Notes under the pieces: model-generated
The model's input: only the letters and a program-made list of their open reading frames with translations
Database searches by the model: none
What the model was told of the DNA's origin: nothing
Program-made: the position numbers and the translations under genes
Shown: positions 58,982-64,000 of the stretch, in pieces
Layout: each line of letters opens with the position of its first letter
Position numbering within the stretch: the first letter of the stretch is position 1
Origin: Octopus vulgaris
Taxonomy: Eukaryota
Length of the DNA stretch: 64,000 bases
Direction of reading: 5' to 3'
Assembly (NCBI GenBank): GCA_951406725.2
Contig: OX597830.1
Coordinates: 38,006,001 to 38,070,000, forward strand

Positions 58982-60540
58982 AAAGGTGGTGTCAAAAAGT
59001 TCCCGTGCTAGTTCTGTGACGCGCCGAAAGGTAGCGGCACACGGTTGCGTGCGCAGTGAGAAATAGTACTGACCTTCATGAGCCAGTGTGCTGAGTAACA
59101 GCGTTGTATTTACATCGCAAGTTGTCGAAATTTGGATTTTGTGCTTACGTATATGATGTAGTCTGCAATTTTACCACGAACAGAAAGAATAAAAAACATG
59201 AAATTTTGCGTTAAATTTGGGAAGCTTGATATAGAGTCATTGAGCATGCTTTGGTAAGCTTACGCGAGTGTCAAGGGCGCTTCAAGATCGGAAGAACATC
59301 CATAGAAGACAATGAATGATCTGGAAGATATGTCACGAGAATCACCATTGGAATCGTGGAGATAATTCATCAGCTTGTACATGAAATTTGTCTGAGGGCG
59401 AAAAAAAAAATGGACAGATTCTAGATCCTTCATCTAGAATAACATTCTTCAATCCATATTCGAGTTCTGATCTAACTACGTCAGCTGGAGTTTCGGCTGC
59501 GGGCATGTGTAATGTAATGTCACCGTACCTAATTTTCGATCCAGCGTATATTGGAATTGACAGTGGATCAGACTTCATTTTCCCAGTAGGTGCAAGTCGA
59601 CAACGTGGTAGACTTGAACTAGCTTTCTCTCACATTGGAGGCTCTGTATTTGCAGAAGCAGCTGTCGGATGTTTAAATGGTTTATATTCAGGCTTCCGAG
59701 AAACAAGTACGGCTCACTTGACAGGGGCTGTACGATGCCCACAGATGTTAAACTTTATCACAAAACAGGATCAAATCAATGCTAAATTCTGATTAAAAGA
59801 CATTGCTGATGCTGTTGGTCTGTGCAAGCAATCCTAAAGTCTGAATCGAACATTTGGTATCTGTCCGGCCACTGTCCAAAAAGAACATCGCGTCGAAGTC
59901 TGCGAAGATCGCCTTCAACATTCTGCTGATGACCAATCCATCATGTCGTGCATCGTCAGCGTTGACGAGGGTTAAGTCTACGAGCATGACTCCGGATCGA
60001 AGCAGCAGTCGTCACAATGGAACAACCCCTTACCCCACGATCGAAAATGGCACGATAGAGCCATAGCTGAATCAAGAGGATTCTCATCCATTTTTTCGTC
60101 ATCGGTAAGATTGTGCATCAGGGATCAGTCCCCCGAGGGCCAAACCGTCGATCCAGTGTTGTACTGCGACGTTTTGAAGTGTTTGAGAGAGGACTTTCGG
60201 CGAAAAATCGGATTCTTAACGACGACATAGCACACTATCACCGAGCTCTCCTCACTCATAAGTTTCTCGTCAGAATCAACATGGTATCGTTTCGATACCC
60301 GCCTTATTCGCTAGATTTACCATTTGTGGACTTCTATCTCTACCTGAAGATAAATATCCAGCTCAAAGGTCTCCGTTTTAACGTCGTTCTCGAAATCAAG
60401 AGCGAATCGCAGAAGGTCCTCAAATCGCTTACGGACCGGTATATTGCTGCTCCAAGTGACTATGTTGAAGGGCATGATGGTAAATCCGCCATATTTTTTA
60501 TTAAACATAACTAGTGCAGGAACGTTTTGATGCCACCTTG
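58982..60540 (+). mobile_element. mariner transposon, decayed, both TIRs present, with ~400-bp internal insertion
   Basis: TIRs aaggtggtgtcaaaaagttcc..ctagt and actagtgcaggaacgttttgatgccaccttg. Transposase fragments MKFCVKFGK, GRTSIEDNE*SGR, KDIADAVGL, IVSVDEG*VYEHD..KQQSSQW and YPPYSLDLPFVDFYLYLKI..LKGLRF. Confidence 0.92.
59388..59790 (+). pseudogene. TIMM23: Intronless, 3'-truncated copy of mitochondrial import translocase Tim23 inside the mariner
   Basis: Open frame includes MSPYLIFDPAY..DFIFPVGASRQRGRLELAFSHIGGSVFAEAAVGCLNGLYSGFRET..QMLNFITKQ, matching Tim23 (SPYLNxDP..EFIxPxGAxxxRGRFELAFxxIGG..QILNxxTKQG). It lacks an ATG (TTG at the junction) and the C-terminal TM segments. Confidence 0.88.
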
Positions 60541-61479
60541 CAATAAAATATCGAAGTAAAAAATTAATGGAGTTGATAGTAGCAAATTCATTCACATCCC
60601 CTCAAAATCACTTTCTTTGTGCTGAAGTAGTTTTAGAACTTGTTAAATTTTCTTCTTAAGCCTCTGTTTGCGCTGATCCAGGTAAGTTATGCTTAAAAGC
60701 GTTCTACACGGGAATGCTTTGCAGACATTGTTTAGTTACATAAAAGGCCTAAAGTGAGAGAAGGCATTGAGGAAAAGATTTATTGAAATCAGAAGGAAAA
60801 AAAATTGATATGGAAATGACAACACTCTTAAATCTATTTTCGACAATTTTAAACACGAAGTGAAAATTAATGCTATTCAGTATTAAGTTCTCTTCCTTAC
60901 TGGGAAAAGATTAAATCTGATTTGCCGAAAACAAAAATAAGAGTAAAATAAATATCCCACATTGTTGATGATTCCACGTGGATTTAGGATCAGAATATAT
61001 TTACTGAAACTGCAATTCAATGCCGACAGAGAACAGTTGTTCAAAAAAAAAAATAGTGTGGGTGGCTTGAGAGAATTGAAACTTCGTCATTTGTACGATA
61101 TACTGGATGCATCTACGCAACTCTACTAATTACAATATGAAGCTATTTTTTAAACGACCATACTGCTTCGAATTTTTAGCGAAAGAGATATTGCGTAATG
61201 GGATCTTCTCGCTCGCAAAGTGTAGTTTCGTTACCGGTGAAACGTGCTTCAATATACCTGACTTCAAAAAAAATATACCTACAAATTCATCGTCAGAGAA
61301 TCTCTACCGGTTCGCTCCCCCGGTGATAAACAGGCACATTTCTTTTAACTAACATATTAAGGCTATTTTAAAAAGAAGTAAGAAAAATGACGTACATAAC
61401 ATAACATTCTCCTCAAATATAAATTCTAGTAATGTTCACCGTCTCATTCATCTCTCAAACATTTATTTCGTAGGCAGCA

Positions 61480-62460
61480 CGTCTCACTCCACCACAAATT
61501 ACCTACTGAAATGAAACCCGAAAAAAGCTAGTGATAGCTTGACCATTGAGAACGATATCAGTATTCAGCCATGTTAATCTCATCCACCATACATCTGTCA
61601 CCAAAATTCTCAGAAACATAAAACTGACTGTCCTTCTCTTTCAAAGGAAGGTTACAGGAAACATTTTCACGTTGGATGCAGCTTATACTCGAGCCCTCCT
61701 CTTACCTCATAGCAGCAGTTTGGCACAAATCTCAAATGAGCAATGTTCGACAACTAGACGAAGGCATGCAGAACTGTTTCGTCGACATGTGAGTTCCGCA
61801 AACAGTTCCCTTGGAGATGTTCCTTTCAATTTTATATCAAACCGGCAATAGCCTCTCCTGCTAGCACTGCGGAAGAAGGATTTCTAGAAATTATCCATAG
61901 GTTTCTTCGCTAAAGCCTTATGAAACGTATCAGCTTGTTGATTCTATCGTCATTCTGACATTGCCGAGAAAAATATCGGTTTTGCATACAACTAATCCTC
62001 TTAGAACGCAAACGTAGAACCACCACCTAAGACATTGTCAGACTTTGAATTATTATAAAGCTTTTCTCTACATTTCAGGCGCTAAGAGCAAGTATTCTAT
62101 CTCGGTCTTTTATTGATTCGGGACTGCAGCTCTGTTAATCAATCAAGCTGTATAAATAAGTGCCAGACAAACGGTGGTCACAACTATTCCATATTTAGGA
62201 ATTGCTGGAGACCTCGTAGCCTCACTGCATTCTTGCGCATCATGTGTCACATGTCCAGTCCTGAACACAGCGAGTGTTGAGAACAAATCGGACGTTTGAG
62301 CAGCCTACTTTTCACAAAAAGCGGGTGAGCAAACGTTCCAGTCTAGTAAGACCAGCACTAGGATAAAGCACGACGGTCAAACGGTAATAAATGTTTAAGT
62401 GTTCATTACATCTGCTTCACCGTTGAGGAATAGCTTTTAATGTGCCGATCTGCCTTTTCT
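61480..62460 (-). mobile_element. Ancient RTE/BovB-like LINE remnant (endonuclease-RT linker)
   Basis: Minus-strand fragments CDHRL, MQNRY..ADTFHKAL and *KEHLQG..SHVDETVL..YEV resemble the RTE linker; very degraded. Confidence 0.45.
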
Positions 62461-63129
62461 CTGTGTCATTGTTTGCTTTTTCGTTTATCCAGTGGACTAC
62501 ATCACAATTTTGGTAACACCAGCAAATGAATGATTTTTAACTCTGCTTTCATTACTGCTGCTGTTATTCTTGTTTTCTTGCTGCTCTCATTTTTCCTTGT
62601 TTGTTTGGGGATAGAATCTCGATGGCCACCACCACAGCCTAATATCAGAGAATTACTGCGGTTTCAACAAATTTTCCATCTCGTCAGCAATTCTGTGAGT
62701 GAGGAAATGACCTACACTGACATAGTTTTTGTTGTTTTGCTGCTGCTTTTATTGTTCTTTTGTAGTTCTTGTTGCTCCTACTAAGGCTGCAGCAATTACT
62801 GATGATTAATACTGCGGTTTTAGTGTTGTGTGGTCGGGTCTGATGACCGTGAACCGTCGTATCACTTTCAAAATTACCTTCCAAGTTCGTAACAATCTGG
62901 CCGGCAAGAAGGAGTGTATGGAAGCCATCTTGAAAAATGTTGTTATCTATGTAAATAAATTTTCTGAATTTGGCGCATAGTTTCAGTAAGAAGATAGATG
63001 ACCAACTTTTAGAGTGCTAGATAAATATATTAACAAGAGAAAACAAAACAAATTCCACAAATGTAAACCTCTAACCTTACAAGAATCACACCCAAGAAGC
63101 TTCCAAAATAAATTCTAGTTTGGTGATAA

Positions 63130-63165
63130 TCAATAACGACAACAGCAACAGAAACAACAACAACG

Positions 63166-63253
<88 letters not shown>

Positions 63254-63292
63254 TAATAATAATAATAATAATGATAATAATAATAATAATAA
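63130..63292. repeat. (AAC)n/(AAT)n microsatellite
   Basis: Directly visible. Confidence 0.97.
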
Positions 63293-63757
63293 AAATGCCT
63301 CCTCATTTATATGACTGTCCCAATCGATATAAACGTATCTGTCAAGACCTACCAAAAACTGAGCAAATATAAAGATCTTGAAATAGAAATCAGCAAAATG
63401 TGAAACCTGAAAACTAAAACAATACCTATTGTCATAGGTGCCCTGGGAATGATATCAAAAGGGGCTGATTGCTACCAAACTCAGATACCAGGAAACCCCA
63501 AAATGGCAGAAATTCAAAAGATAGTGCTCATGGGAACTGCTCATATCCTACGCAAATACTTTCTATGTAATCTCAAGTTTTAAAACAAACATACTTTTCT
63601 TATGGTTTCTTAAACATTTACTAGTACAACACTAAGTACAAAACCAAATATATTGTACCCCAGGCATAACACCAACACGAACTTCCAACTTGTCTCTTGA
63701 GGTCTCTGGGTGAGACATGCAGCCATCTTGTACAAATGTAAAGCAAAAGTCAAACAT

Positions 63758-63760
<3 letters not shown>
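63293..63760 (+). mobile_element. 5'-truncated R4/Dong-like non-LTR retrotransposon inserted in (TAA)n
   Basis: KCLLIYMTVPIDINVSVKTYQKLSKYKDLEIEISKM*NLKTKTIPIVIGALGMI..IQKIVLMGTAHILRK is the RLE endonuclease C-terminus of the R4 clade, followed by a 3' UTR; (AAT)n on both sides. Confidence 0.9.
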
Positions 63761-63821
<61 letters not shown>

Positions 63822-63829
63822 TGATAATG

Positions 63830-63860
<31 letters not shown>

Positions 63861-63868
63861 TGATAATG

Positions 63869-63932
<64 letters not shown>

Positions 63933-63960
63933 ATAATAATAATGATAATAATAATAACAA
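63761..63960. repeat. (AAT)n microsatellite
   Basis: Directly visible. Confidence 0.97.
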
Positions 63961-64000
63961 TAAACCCCAAAACTAATGAAAAAATATAATATGAAAACTA

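Larger units (their letters stand above)
57620..63100 (+). pseudogene. Possible further decayed PKD-repeat block H, mostly displaced by TEs
   Basis: Scattered PKD-like motifs only: FLTIYADNSTR..VVCAVE (~57638-57700), YGND..HEVKINA (~60809-60874), FKITFQVRNNLA (~62867-62902). Confidence 0.35.

Noticed and set aside
59342-59578. 78-aa minus-strand ORF in the mariner insert
   Set aside because: Antisense shadow of the Tim23 frame.
62838-62870. CTGATGA hammerhead/snoRNA-like motif
   Set aside because: No matching GAAA core or stems.
63086-63970. Poly-Leu, poly-Asn, poly-Ile and poly-Tyr ORFs
   Set aside because: (AAT)n microsatellite translations.

Overview
AT-rich, microsatellite-dense eukaryotic (animal) DNA. 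The tRNA-headed SINEs, (TA)n/(CA)n/(TATC)n density and LINE mix suggest an octopus/cephalopod genome; this is inference, not proven. I found no intact protein-coding gene, and nearly all ORFs in the supplied track are microsatellite artefacts or pseudogene fragments. Hand translation of the non-repetitive spacers shows that most of the window is a cluster of heavily decayed, apparently intron-poor polycystin-1/PKDREJ-like genes. Recognisable motifs include WSC, PKD repeats, REJ, GAIN/GPS, TM1, PLAT, TM2-5, TOP and S5-S6. There are at least 3-4 paralogs, broken into blocks of alternating orientation and riddled with insertions. The insertions include several Penelope-type elements carrying type I hammerhead ribozymes (one as a ~505-bp tandem array), mariner/maT transposons (one holding an intronless Tim23 fragment), RTE and CR1-like LINE remnants, an R4/Dong-like element inside (TAA)n, a Helitron helicase remnant, a hAT-type MITE and many SINEs. 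Domain calls come from by-eye motif recognition across stops and frameshifts. They need HMM/tBLASTn confirmation, and block boundaries are approximate.
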